DNA of 64,000 nt from Phallusia mammillata (lineage: Eukaryota). Location: NCBI GenBank assembly GCA_965637545.1, contig OZ281495.1, positions 14,198,001 to 14,262,000 of the forward strand. The letters are read 5' to 3'. A program made the position numbers and the translations under genes. The stretch's first letter is position 1. Each line of letters starts with the position of its first letter. Below the pieces are notes generated by a model. It was not told the origin of the DNA and did not search any database. It was given only the letters and a program-made list of their open reading frames with translations. Positions 52,001 to 64,000 of this stretch are shown one piece after another.

Positions 52001-55000
52001 AACAACCGCCGTTGTTCGTTGACTCACGGTCAAAGTCTAAATATATTTGAATTTTTTGCACACGAATCATAGGAAGTCATATTTTACCCACAAGCTTTGT
52101 TTTGAACTTTTTTATACATGCGCCTTGAGTGCGTTTGTTTTTAAAGTATCTGATAGAACCTGCGGCAGATTTCGCAAGTAACTGGCAATACCTGTGGGCT
52201 CCTGATTTCGCAAGCGTTTTTTGTTAATGAAACTGTTTTTAAATAGCTGTCCCATTTTATTGCGGTATGATACCCGATCTATTAAAGTTGTATTGACCTT
52301 AATGGACATTAAATTCGGTCCCAGTTTGGACTCTTTTCACAAATAAGGATTGCTTAAAACGAATAACATAATTAGGCATCGATGGTTAAAATGGTCACAA
52401 ATGCCAACATACACAGTGTTTAAAATAAACAGCCAAAATGATATACACGAGTCACACTACCGTGAACTTAATATCTAGCCATAGGAAACTTATACACGCG
52501 TTACACGACTTGTGTCTTTGTTACAAAGCAACGGTGTTTCCTACAGCGCAATCGACTGACGCATTGCGGTCGGTTTCGAAAGCCAATCGAAACTTTACAA
52601 CCAGTGTAAATGCCAATGTACGATAATGTTTCCGCGCAAAATGTCAACCGAAGCGGAAATCTACGTATAGTAACGTTGTGGGGTTGTAATTGACGCAAAA
52701 GGCAAAGAAGATAGCAACTCTGTTACGCTATAAAGTGATTGAAATCGGAGACTCTCATTACACCTATGGAATTGAATGTTTTGTAGCTACCATAAGAATA
52801 AACAAAGTGTTTGCATCCACGGCTTGGGTAAATTATAAAGAAAGAAAAGTTTGCATTGAATATAAGGAAAAATGAGAACAATTCATTTTCAGGAAACAAG
52901 TTAATTTACCACTACTCTCAATAAACGGATGTACCACAATACCAAATAAAAATGCCGATTGATCTGAAAACCCTTTTCGGACAAGCCAAATGAATGATTG
53001 TTCATTTGTAAGTTTTGTGTTGAAATGGTTGTTCATAAGAGTAGACATGGTAGTTTCGTTGGCCTAAAAAAGATTAGCCCTATACACCAGTATGTATAGT
53101 TTGCTGTCATCGTTTTTAGTCCCTACACGTAGATAGATAGATACAAACAGTATGGTAAATATCCAGTTGCCTTTACACGTAGACGACCGCGGAATTTACG
53201 TGACAATGCACATTCAGGCCACTGGTGTTATCAAAACTCCCCTTTGCACCGGGACATGACAAATCGCGACTTCCTGTTGCCGCTTGATTGGTCACCGGTC
53301 AAAAGGCCAGTTTACTATTAGTTTTTGTTGTTAATTTTTCGGAAAGAATCAGCAGATTTTGCCTGCGGGCCTGAGTAACGAAACAAGTGTAAAATGGAGT
53401 ACTCGATTCTAAGTTCCGTCGAAATTTCCCTCTTGGAAAATTCCAGGCCACTGCGGTGTGGTTTCACAGGAATTGATAGGTATTTATTTGCCTGTATACC
53501 TAATTGCTTTGCAACGCCTGTACCGACACACACATTCACGCATTAGAGCCGCTGCCATTTTTTTAGGTATGCCATTTATAAGAAATTTGAGCAAACATAA
53601 ACATGAAGATTAAAACAAAGGTGACGTATTGCGTCTACGACTGAAAATTAGCTGTTTTTCTACTTTTTCTAAGCTTAAGCTTATTCGTTGCATTTCTTTC
53701 CCATAAACTCTTTCTTTCGACTTTTTTAGTGTTTGCGAAAACCGAAAAATTTTTTTTTAAATCCCTGCTTGATTTAGTAAACACTATTGGGTTCGATAAA
53801 CCAAGCTTAAAAATCCCTCTGTCAGGCATTGTGAAGACCTAATAACAAAACCACACTGTACTTGCCTTAGCTCTTGTTGCTCAAGTTTGCTTTCAACCGA
53901 TATTACTTTATTCGAAATCTCCTTCATTTGAAGCAGTTGGTTGTCCATTTTGGCCGAAAGTTCTCGTACATGGTGGTCAAGGCTGAAATGTACAAATAGT
54001 TTATAATTGGGTTTTGCTTAAAAAATCATTTTTCAAGCTTTATGTAACTAATGGCGTTCAGCGATACATTTTACCAACTTTAAAACAGGGATATGCGAAA
54101 TAAAACTCCATGTTACTTGTTTTAAAGTGTGTTATTTTTTTTATTTTTTTTAAGTGTAAATGCTGTTGGCTTATTTGACCGAAGATGGAAGATAACAAAA
54201 AGGACAGGTCTGTCTGCCTTTTTAATTGAATAAAAACAGGATTTAGCCGTGATGAGGGGCAAGCGTGAAACCAGGGTTGCCGTCAGACCGACGTGGCCCT
54301 GTTTGTAATCAGGCGGCCAAGTGGAACGCGTTAATTTGGCGTGGCTCGATCGGTATATTAGTGACGTTCGCCCATTATTAAGTAAGGATTTTTGGTTCGC
54401 GTTTGGGAAAATGCAATCTGCGTGGCTAAAGCCAAATGAACTTTTCGTTTAGTCAGTCTGGTCTCCCGAAATCGATGTATGCGTGGATACGTGGACGTTA
54501 AAAGTGTTTGTAAACGTGGCAATATGAGCAGAACAGATCACTGATAATCACAATTAGAAAAACAAAATATCTGGGTTGTGTAAATGAAACTTTATTAGGG
54601 ATATACGATCTGATAATATCTTGCGCTTGACGTTATCCCTCCACAACGCGTTAGAATAAATCAAACGTACATAAAATATTCATTAGTCATTGGATATAAA
54701 AGTGGTTGATTCATTAAAAAAAATAACATGGTCATCTTTTTGGTTTGCAACTGCATTTTACAATATTTTTAAGTTAGTTGATGTTTTTTGGCTTACGAAA
54801 ACCCACTATGAAACAGCAAAAACGTATACAAAATGCAAGCGGTCTGGGTACGCGCATAGGCGGAATTTGATAAACATTGGAAGAAATATCCTTCTTAATC
54901 ACGCTACAAAAAGTGATACACACCTGACTATTTTTTGGTCATGGTCGGTGTGCTTTTTCTGGAGGACCTGAAATGTGGTGGAGGTTGTGCACTCCCCTCC

Positions 55001-58000
55001 CGTCCCTCCATTCTGTGTCGCTACTACGGGAGAAGATCCTGATGAGGCGGATGAAGAAGTGATGGGGATGGGGATCTCATTTTCCTCCATGTGCTTGTTG
55101 TAAGCCTTGATCATCGCAATTTCGTCGTATTCCCCATTTTCCTCTGAACGAAAGACACGAATCTTGTTGAAACTAGAAAAGTGGCTTTCTGATATACTTC
55201 AATTTTATATATTCTATACGATATTTACCAATTTACTATACTATACACGATTGTATCTACATGTATGATTGTTTTTGCAAGCAAAAACGAATGGGTCCCC
55301 ACACACGTGTTTATGCAGATATACGGTAAACCTATGTTGCAGTTATTTTTAGATTCTTAAGGACAATTTTTTTACAAAGCATTAACTTAACTTTAAAAGT
55401 TTTTGTCCGTATTCTTTTTGCATCATTATTGTCATATAATTACAAAAAATCGGTGAAAAATGAACAGGGAATATACTTTCAATTTAATCTCTTGCTTTGA
55501 CCTAGATATTGTCGTTCAAGTTCAGTTTTAAACACATATTTTCCTAGAAAGCCTTAACTGTTATATTAGACACTATATAAAAAAGTCGTTTGCTACAAAG
55601 GTATACATAACAACTTGTTTTTCACTTAACATTGTTTCGCAAAAACGACCGTTTAATGACATTTTGACACTGTTTTTAACATCATGCAGTCCTTAGTGTT
55701 TAACAATACCGTTCAGCCTGATTTATACATTACTTAAGTACTGATTCTTGAATTGATTTGTCAAAAATAAAGAAGATACGTTATGACGAAAAATTCTCAA
55801 CTGTGTTGTAATGCCTACAAGTTGACCTTTAGTGACCCGTGGTTATGCGGCGGCCAAGCTGACAACGAGAATTTAAAGACCAATTATCGCGGCGTTTGAA
55901 AAAGTTAAGTTTATTTTTTCATAGTTATGTTGATCAACGACGTTTTGCCTGACATAAACGAAACCGAAGTACGTTTATCGAGTTTAAATTACGTCTTAGG
56001 TTTAAAAACTTCGCCAAAACTGAAAATGCGCGTACTAACTCAATAAAGCGACACAGCATTGCTGCACAAAAAACAGCTGATTTCTAATCACCCAAACGAC
56101 TGTCTCGTAAAACGTCTGTCCGGACGTCCAGCTGAGCACTCCCGCTCTGCCGCCTTAATCGTAAACCAGTGAATTCCTCCCTTGGGACTTATATCTGACT
56201 GATAGCGTACACATATTATGGGTTGTAAAGGTAAATACTTTAAATCAGTGGTTCTTAACCTGTGGGTAATTACCCCCAAAGGGGTAATTTGGCATTTTAA
56301 AAGGGGTAACATACATTTTCTGTTATAGTTATCTTTAGATTCTTGATAATCATTATTGTAACCAGCAAACATTTTGTAATGAGGGTCAAATTTATTCAAA
56401 ATAATTCCATAAAAAGTCAATCTTAATAGATTTCTCGGCGTCATGCCACATTTTCAAAATAAAAAAGAAGTAACTTCGACAGCAAACGTTGTCATGCGCT
56501 TCTACTCCAAAAGTCTCAATTTGTTTCACTCATAACCATGCTATTTGTGATGTCATAAAACTAGAACTAAAGTCTCTCGTAAACATCTGTTTTGTATACA
56601 ATTGAGTCCAGTTAGTGATAGGCATCATAGGCGTGAGGTAGCATTTGTTGTTATTGTAGTAGTAAGGCTAATTTAGACCCCAAAAATATTAGATAATGTT
56701 TTTCTGAAAAGGGGTAATTGATATCCATCAAAACATTTTGTGGGTAACAACAGAAAAAAGGTTAAGAACCACTGGTTTAAAGGGTGGAAAATGGGTGAAT
56801 CCGGAAAAAAGATACAAAATTCTTTAAAAAACCTTACATTGCACCAAGCAACAAAACAAGAAATTCCAAGACGCTGTACTTTAGTCAGTACAGCCGTTAA
56901 AAAAAATTACGTTTTGGGGGCCTGTGGGTGAACCGCTGGGTCAATCGGGGTCAAACTTCAGGAGGATCAAATTTAGATTATTAACTAACATCTCTGTAAA
57001 TTTGAATAAATTTAAAGCACTCTTTCTTGACCAAACGCGTCTCACAAACCAGCGTTAGACAGAAAAAAGAAAAAAGAAAAAAAGAAAAAAAAATACGGAC
57101 AAAAACAATATGTGTCCCCTTCAGGGAAGGGGACCCATAAAAACAGCACAGCATAGTGCAGGTGCACACAGCTACGGTAAAATCACGTAAGTTAGCTGTG
57201 TCGTGGTATAATGCTCCATAACCTGCGGGCAAAATGGAGCACTTCAAACACCAAAATCCGAGCACAAGGTGTACTCGATTACATCATGACTAACCACGTT
57301 TATCCGGTGAAAGCAAGAAACCTGTATTACTTAAGTATTGCAGCTAAGTCGCCACCACCAAATGTGGAATTCAGTTCACTAAATATGACTAAGGGGTATT
57401 CGAGCTGTTTACATGCGTTCACGATTTTGAAACCTCAATAACGAAACTGTTATCACCGAGTATTGTGGGTATCTTTATAGCAGGGTCAAAACAATAGTGT
57501 CCATAAGGGAGTTTACGCCGGTGTATTGTCTGCAGCGATTTCAAAGGCGAGCGGGGGACGGAAGGAAGATAACTTGCGAAAACAATCGAATTTTCGAAAA
57601 ACTTCCAATGAAAACCACTGAAAAGCAGGGCGATGCGGCAATTCTGCCAATTGCATGTGGAATTGGTTTGGTTGTTACAAGTTTTGTTCCAGCATAGATG
57701 CGTCATAGATTGCACCTGGAGTGAAGGATCAAGCATCAGAAGTAGGGCAATGTAGATAAACACCTTTTTTCCCAACTATTTTGGAAGTGCAATATAGCTG
57801 AACACTTTTTCTATGGTGTGCAACAGCATGGTAAAACTTGTAAACATTTGTTTAACTTTTAGATTTCCAGAGTGTGCAAAAAATTGACTTCTGTCTGAAA
57901 AAACATTGGACAGGGCGAGTACCAGCGAGAGTTTGTTTTCAACATGGAATTACTGTGGTCCATTTGCCATCCTGTAGAAATTCAAAACGACTTTGGCCGA

Positions 58001-61000
58001 AATTATGCGGAGAATGAAATACATGGAATCAGAATGTGAATGATATTTCCTACTAAATGTGAATGCCAATGACCGCATCTGATGTAAGCCAGTTTGTCTC
58101 CTGAACAATTTGACATTTGCTACTGAGGTGAAACAAGTTCGGAATAGGATTACGAATACGGTCAAGTAAAGCCTGTACTGTAAAAGTCAAAAGAACGTTG
58201 GAACTGCCAATGACAACCAAAGTTCCTTTGCACTTGCTGTACACTCTGGTTATGCTATGAAATATATTTTATCCAATGCTCTACTAAGATAAATGTTAAA
58301 TGCTTAACGTTGCAACCGTTGCACTCCAAAAAGCAATGAAATGGTTGCTCGTTTATCATTGTATGGTCAACTTTTGTTTATGTTTCACAGCTTCATTGAG
58401 CGTCGAGGCGCTTTTAAATACACGCTTCATGAAACATCTTGCGTTTGTGTTCAGGTTGGTTGCTTGTCAGTTAAGGAACTTGCTAAAAAGCTATCAAGAC
58501 CTTTTCCCACTTTACAGTTACACATATTTCAACACTGTAGAGTTGTAAGTATCTCTGATGTAGGAGTATGAACCCAGCCCCAACCCGAAAGTACACGCCT
58601 GAATCTGGTCAAACCACTTTTTTTTTTAAAATAAGCGTGAATTATGTTCCATTTGCCAATATGAAATTATGCAGCACAAATGTGGTTGAGTACCAGGTCC
58701 GATTTAATAACGCTATTTTTTAAACTTAGGCACAAACCCACCTGGCCCGAATTACATCTGAGATGAACGAATCGAAAAGTTGATTGGCCAAAAATGAGTT
58801 TGTGAAAGATGTATTTTGCGTCATTACTTTGGTTTAAAAAGAACTTATCGACGCTGCATGTTTATATTGCGGTAACAAAACAACGTGCAAACGTGCAGAC
58901 TAAAGATAAGATATGGGCGTTTATTTGTGCAATGTCAACGTATATCACGTTCACACGCTCATGTTCCCACACTATATGATTAGTCGACGCACTGGCAGAC
59001 TACAAATTTGCACAGAATGTGAATTCATTATGTTCAGATTGGGATGTTAAACAAGGCGTGCAAACAAAACTGGCAGGTTCGAAACCGAAAATCTTTCACG
59101 CTATTGACAGCACAGCGCTTCAGCGAACGTCGTGTCTGGCATATTTTCCCGGCTTGAGTTAAGCGCATTGGTAGAGATTCATATGCATACACATCGACCA
59201 CAGAATTTTTGCAGGGCAATCGGTGCGGTTTCTGCGACCAGAAACAGCTCGTTTTCAATTTTAACTACCAGAGCAGAGAGCTTTGAGTATGCGCAGATTG
59301 TTTTGGGCTGGATTTCGTCGGAATTCTTTGCAATTTTTGCTCCGTCTGCCTCAGGTGCGATTGACGGTTTCAATTTCCCGGGTGTGCCGCTTTTAAGGTC
59401 GTGCACGGGCGGTGTTAAGTATTTTTTCGCGACATATCGATCAAACCAGACTTCTTCTATTCAGTGCCCAAGCCGCCACTTTAAAAGGTTGCCTGAATGG
59501 TAGGAAGTGGTATCGTGCACAATGAAGTAAAACCACCACACACTTTCCTTGAAGGCCACAAAGAAACAATTAGGTGGTAAAAGCATTCCGTTGTCAAAAT
59601 ATACCAAAATTTTGACTACAACCTTTTTGACTGAGTCTATTAAGGTCCAAATGTCCTTTTTTTGTCTTGCAATAAGTAATTAAACCAAACATTTTTGATT
59701 ACGAATGGCATTTCATTCTAAAACATAAGCTTGGTGTTTCAAACACTTACGATTGCCCTTGTTTTGTGTGCAGCAACCTTGCGAACAATGGATAGTATTG
59801 CGACTCATAAATAAATGTCACATTTTAAACACGTAATATCATGAATACATATAACCCTTTACACAAAATTTTAGGATTTCCATGAAAACTTGCAACTTTG
59901 ACCAGTACTTCTTACAAGTTAATAAAGGTGCTGAGTTCAAACGCCTACACTTTTCGCGCGCCAAATGTTTTTTATGGGCAAGACATATCACTTGGAGATC
60001 TTATCTGAGCACAAACCGACCAGGATACTCACGTTTAAAAATTCATTAGCTGCGAACTGTCACGACAAGATCGTCCAGCTTGCAAAATTGTCAACCAGTA
60101 TAAACAACCGTGTTCATTGTACTGCATATATTGTGTACAACGTGTGCATTTCGTTTTCTCTTGTTTAAGGCGTTGCCATAGTTACAAAATTGCTAGCTAC
60201 TGAACCAAGCTGCAACTTAAAATTGGGCATGGGGTACGCTTCTATTCAATAAACTAGGGGTGCGGCATACCACAATAACCAGTTACGGCAAAAAACGATA
60301 CTCATTTCTGACAAAAGGTTGTCCAACGGCAATTTATTAACATAAATATTAGCCGATCCGATCACGCGATCCCAAACGCAAATCTACAGTTTTTATGTCC
60401 ATTTTATTGTAATTACTCACAGTCGGGCAACAAAACCAGTATTGACGCATGTGAAATTCGTTTTAACTTGCGGAGAAGCGCAAAGCCATCACATGCAACC
60501 AAAGAAATGCGTCAGAGTGACTTGCTGGTACATAATTCGTGCAATGAGAGATGCTTGCGCAAGAGTAGACAACGATGTTTTGTGAGTGTGTGTGTGGGGG
60601 GCCCAGTTAGATAAGCACAACTTTAAGTGGGTATTTTAAATATCCCACGGTCCCACTGCAACGCCTACAGAGGATCAACAATTGGCGTTTGTGTTGTTTA
60701 CTGCATGGTGAAAAACAAAATCAATCACACAGTGAATCAATAGGAACCGACTAGACCGCGACTCTTCAAAATTAAGAGTACACAGTAATTTGAAGAAAGA
60801 GATGCCAATCATTTCCTCACTGTTACATCGGATGAAACTATTGTGTATTACTAACCCACTAGTTTCAACAGTAGATTAAAAATATTTGCTAACAAGAACT
60901 TCCGCCCCACTGTTTAAACACATATAGAAGATTTTATTTGTTTGTGTAAGCAGCAATTTAAACTCAATTAACTTACTGATCCAAACAAAATAAGAACCAA

Positions 61001-63806
61001 TTACCAATATTCTAGTTTTACTTGAATTTACAGAGAAATCATGTTACATATATATCCTCTTCAGTGATACTTCAACTTCTATGTGTATTAGATTATGTAT
61101 GTATATATATATATGCACAGACTAACTAAATTGTCAATTATGTAATGAGTAAATGAAAATCTGTTTTTTTTTCAAAACTGTATATCTCCAGCAATATGTG
61201 CAAAATTGGACAATGTGGTTTTACTACAACATGTTAACATGATATTCTTGATGGACAAAAAAAACTACAAGAAAAGGAAAAAGTAGCAAATTAGGCCGAG
61301 TAACCATAATATTGTGTTACCTGTTCCTGAAGCACTAGGTGTTTCATTAGTAAGGTCAGCATCGTAAATGTTTACACTGCTCAGTTCATCCTGGTCGTCC
61401 AAATCCAGGCCTGCCATGGATGTCCGTAACTGTACATAAATGTACATGTAAGGGTAAGGAAAAATATAAAATGTATTTTTAATTTAGGACCTAAATACAC
61501 GTTTCCTGTTTCAAATAATGTATCCAGTGTCAATGAAATTCAAGCAAAAAGGCATCAAGCTACTAAGATCTTTTTACGTTTACCACTGACAGATATGGTT
61601 TTTAAACAAAAACAAAACCAGTCTTTTATTGACCTTTTTTAATTTGGAATTGCCAGAACATTCCACAATATATCAGCATGTGGTATTTGTTGGAAAATTA
61701 AAATAGACAAAGAATTTTAGCCAAAAATCTGTTGGAAATACATTTTTAATTGTGTAACAGCACCCCGGGTTTCTGTGCACTCTGACTCACACACAGCAAC
61801 TCAAAGAAGTCCCCCTAATTTCCTGTTTATGAGTGTTCAATTTCAGGCAATTTGTTTCAAAAATATGAACGTCACCACCCACAGCAAGATATGATTAAAA
61901 CAGCAGAACTACATGAAGTATTTGCATCAAATAAGCATTTTTTTAAGTTGTTGCTACAAAACATAAAGAACTGTATGTTCTTTTCATTAGAAACAAATTT
62001 ATCATTATAAGTTTACAAGCGAATAGCCAAAGTTGAACTATTCACTTCAGGGGATAGGTCAGTATATAATTGCTTGCTAATGTGGCAAATTGGTGGAAAA
62101 GTGCTCCTGATGTTTTAAGGTGAACATCCGCTAACTCCCTACATAAGAGGTAATTTACAGAAGCACTAATAGGCAAATGAAAGTCATTTATTTGAATCAT
62201 AACTCATGCCTGGGGCTTTTTTGCCACCAGCTATGTGTTCAATTCAGAGGCTTGTCACTGTAAACAATTGGTTGTCACAACCTGAATCTGAAAGGTTAAC
62301 CAAACATAATGTCACAAATTGCCTTTATAAGCAACGTGGGAGGTCAAAACTGAAATAGTTAAACAGAATTAAATTTTTACACACTTGCAAAAAAGAATGA
62401 TTGTTAAGCAAAACGAACTACTGCTACCATTCATAATACATCAACAGAATTGGTATTGTAATACACAAACTTACCACTTGTTTAATTTCTACATCTATTA
62501 GTGTAAATTTGACGTTGAAACAAGTAAATTTGCAACTTTAATGTATGATCTAGCTACTTATTTTTACACAAAATAGCTGAAAAACATGTTGACTTCATCT
62601 AAATCCCCGCTTTACACAGTTTAACATGAGTGCAGATGTTTCAAAGTGATAACATTTTTGTCAAATCCGATTGTGACAAAAGTCGTGTCAAGTTTAACAC
62701 AAATATAGGAGAAATGGATTACTATGGCTGTCAAACCAGCATCAAGTGTCAAAGACCACCTGTGTTTGTCAGCAAAACATTTTTTTGTTATATTTTAGCA
62801 AGTAAAACAAAAGTATGTCTAGTTTGACAATAAAATTTTGGTTAAAAACAAAAGAAACAAATATCACCATAGGACTTGGTACAAAATAACATTCAAAGAC
62901 CTAAAGGGCAAACAAAGCACAAAATCCATTCACCAGACAGATCTAGTTTCAGTTTCACTTCCTGAATTCTACTTATTTTTTAAAACACACATCTACTTAC
63001 CATAGCAGCTGGGGAAAGATTCATGTTGTTGTCATCGATCTGCTTAATTTTGTCCTTGGCTTCTTGCAAGCTTTTCTGTAGAGCATCGTTGTGTTTTTGC
63101 AATGCACTTACTGTGCTGAGGAGATATTGAAGATGAATTTGTGTTGCACCTTCCATGTGCTTTTGAATGCCGTGCCGGGACAACTGCAAGATATAATATA
63201 TGTTGTTGTAAATTGCCAAAGACAAACTTATGCCTGGAAGGGTAAGTTTTATACTGAGAGGTTTCCCTTCAAATATGCAACATACCCACACATTACAATT
63301 GGGTTAAACTACCACTGACAAAAACATACATTGAATTTTTGCAATTTAGTACACCATATGTCGGTTTTGTAAGTGAAACAAACAAACAGCTTCAGGGCAT
63401 TCAAAACTGAACCACAGCAACATACATATTGAGTATCACAAGAGATTTGATGATAACAGTGGATTAGTTGTGGTTCTGGTAAATTATCCAGAAAATTGAA
63501 TGAATGCATCATATGTTTTGGACTTTTGAGAAAACAGACAAAAAATGATTCATACCCATTACCCATAGCACCCATAATGAAAACCAAACCTTAGCACATA
63601 CATGTAAAGTACTTCCGAATGGAAGCAGCGCAACCTGTTTCAATTGGGACATCATTACCATATAAGATGCTTTACACAGGAAACATTCCAGTCATAACTG
63701 AACAGAAAATCAATAGTTAACAGCTTACCTCCAAATGGCAACCAACTTTGTCAAAAACACAGCGAATTGGAGCTTGAGGACACTCACCACTTACATGCTG
63801 ATTTAG
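49095..63806 (-). CDS. traf6: TNF receptor-associated factor 6 (last zinc finger, coiled coil, MATH domain); 5' exons outside window
   Basis: Phase-consistent exons 63806-63729, 63183-63001, 61429-61321, 55143-54924, 53982-53866, 51236-51147, 50088-49911, 49307-49095. Motifs CPQAPIRCVFDKVGC, CNGVYYWRI, HSPGFYT..GYRMCMR, AFQRPTTERNQKGYGY, FVKDNTL fit the TRAF6 subfamily. Confidence 0.9.
56246..56774. mobile_element. hAT-type MITE in traf6 intron
   Basis: TIR CAGTGGTTCTTAACC...GGTTAAGAACCACTG; decayed TSD ctttaaat/gtttaaag. Confidence 0.82.
58295..59310. mobile_element. Interspersed repeat copy homologous to 34290-34840
   Basis: Shared blocks AACGTTGC.ACCGTTGCA..CTCCAAAAAGCAATGAAATG and ATCGGTGCGGTTTCTGCGACCAGAAACAGCTCG. 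Confidence 0.7.
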
Positions 63807-64000
63807 CTGCAAAACATAAATGCAAATAAGTAGCAGATTTGCAAGGCTGGTGCCTTAATTTGTGTGATTTGCAGACAGGTTTGTTTACAAATCAAATATT
63901 TGTACATGCCTTGATGCTATTTAAATGACAAAGAGAGGGAGCAAATAGAAAACAGGATCAATCGATTAGAACACACATTATAACACATTTAAATAGTGCA

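Noticed and set aside
54248-54295. GTGATGA...GAAA...GTC hammerhead look-alike
   Set aside because: Core starts with G not C, stem II does not pair, and there is no stem I.
55035-55065. CTGATGA on + strand
   Set aside because: Antisense of traf6 Ser codons (TCATCAG); no stem II or GAAA.
59132-59503. 123-aa ORF
   Set aside because: Overlaps an interspersed non-coding repeat whose other copy (34600-34840) does not keep the frame.

Overview
Eukaryotic (animal) genomic DNA: AT-rich, spliceosomal introns, dense MITEs. The gene and repeat content suggests a marine invertebrate such as an ascidian (inference). No prokaryotic systems, CRISPR arrays, rRNA or tRNA genes were seen. Left to right: a 5'-partial NRF-6/OACYL acyltransferase-3 gene (+); two tandem class-A-like GPCRs with mucin-like N-termini (A1, A2; -); two tandem orphan 7TM genes of an unrelated family (C2, C1; -); a C2H2 zinc-finger gene (+); mrps18c (-); a 19-kb GPCR birth-and-death cluster (five alpha copies, only one intact; two intact beta copies) built from a segmental duplication; and a 5'-partial TRAF6 (-). 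Main non-obvious signals: (1) a structurally complete type I hammerhead ribozyme (minus strand 40634-40685) in a 100-bp insertion with a 13-bp target-site duplication, with two decayed relatives and a Penelope 3' fragment carrying a variant hammerhead; (2) the A and B GPCRs share a C-x5-C-x7-C-x7-C-x2-C module before TM1 plus an ECL3 Cys but lack the TM3 Cys, the DRY acid and the NPxxY Pro. All calls come from manual reading and translation; no database searches were run.
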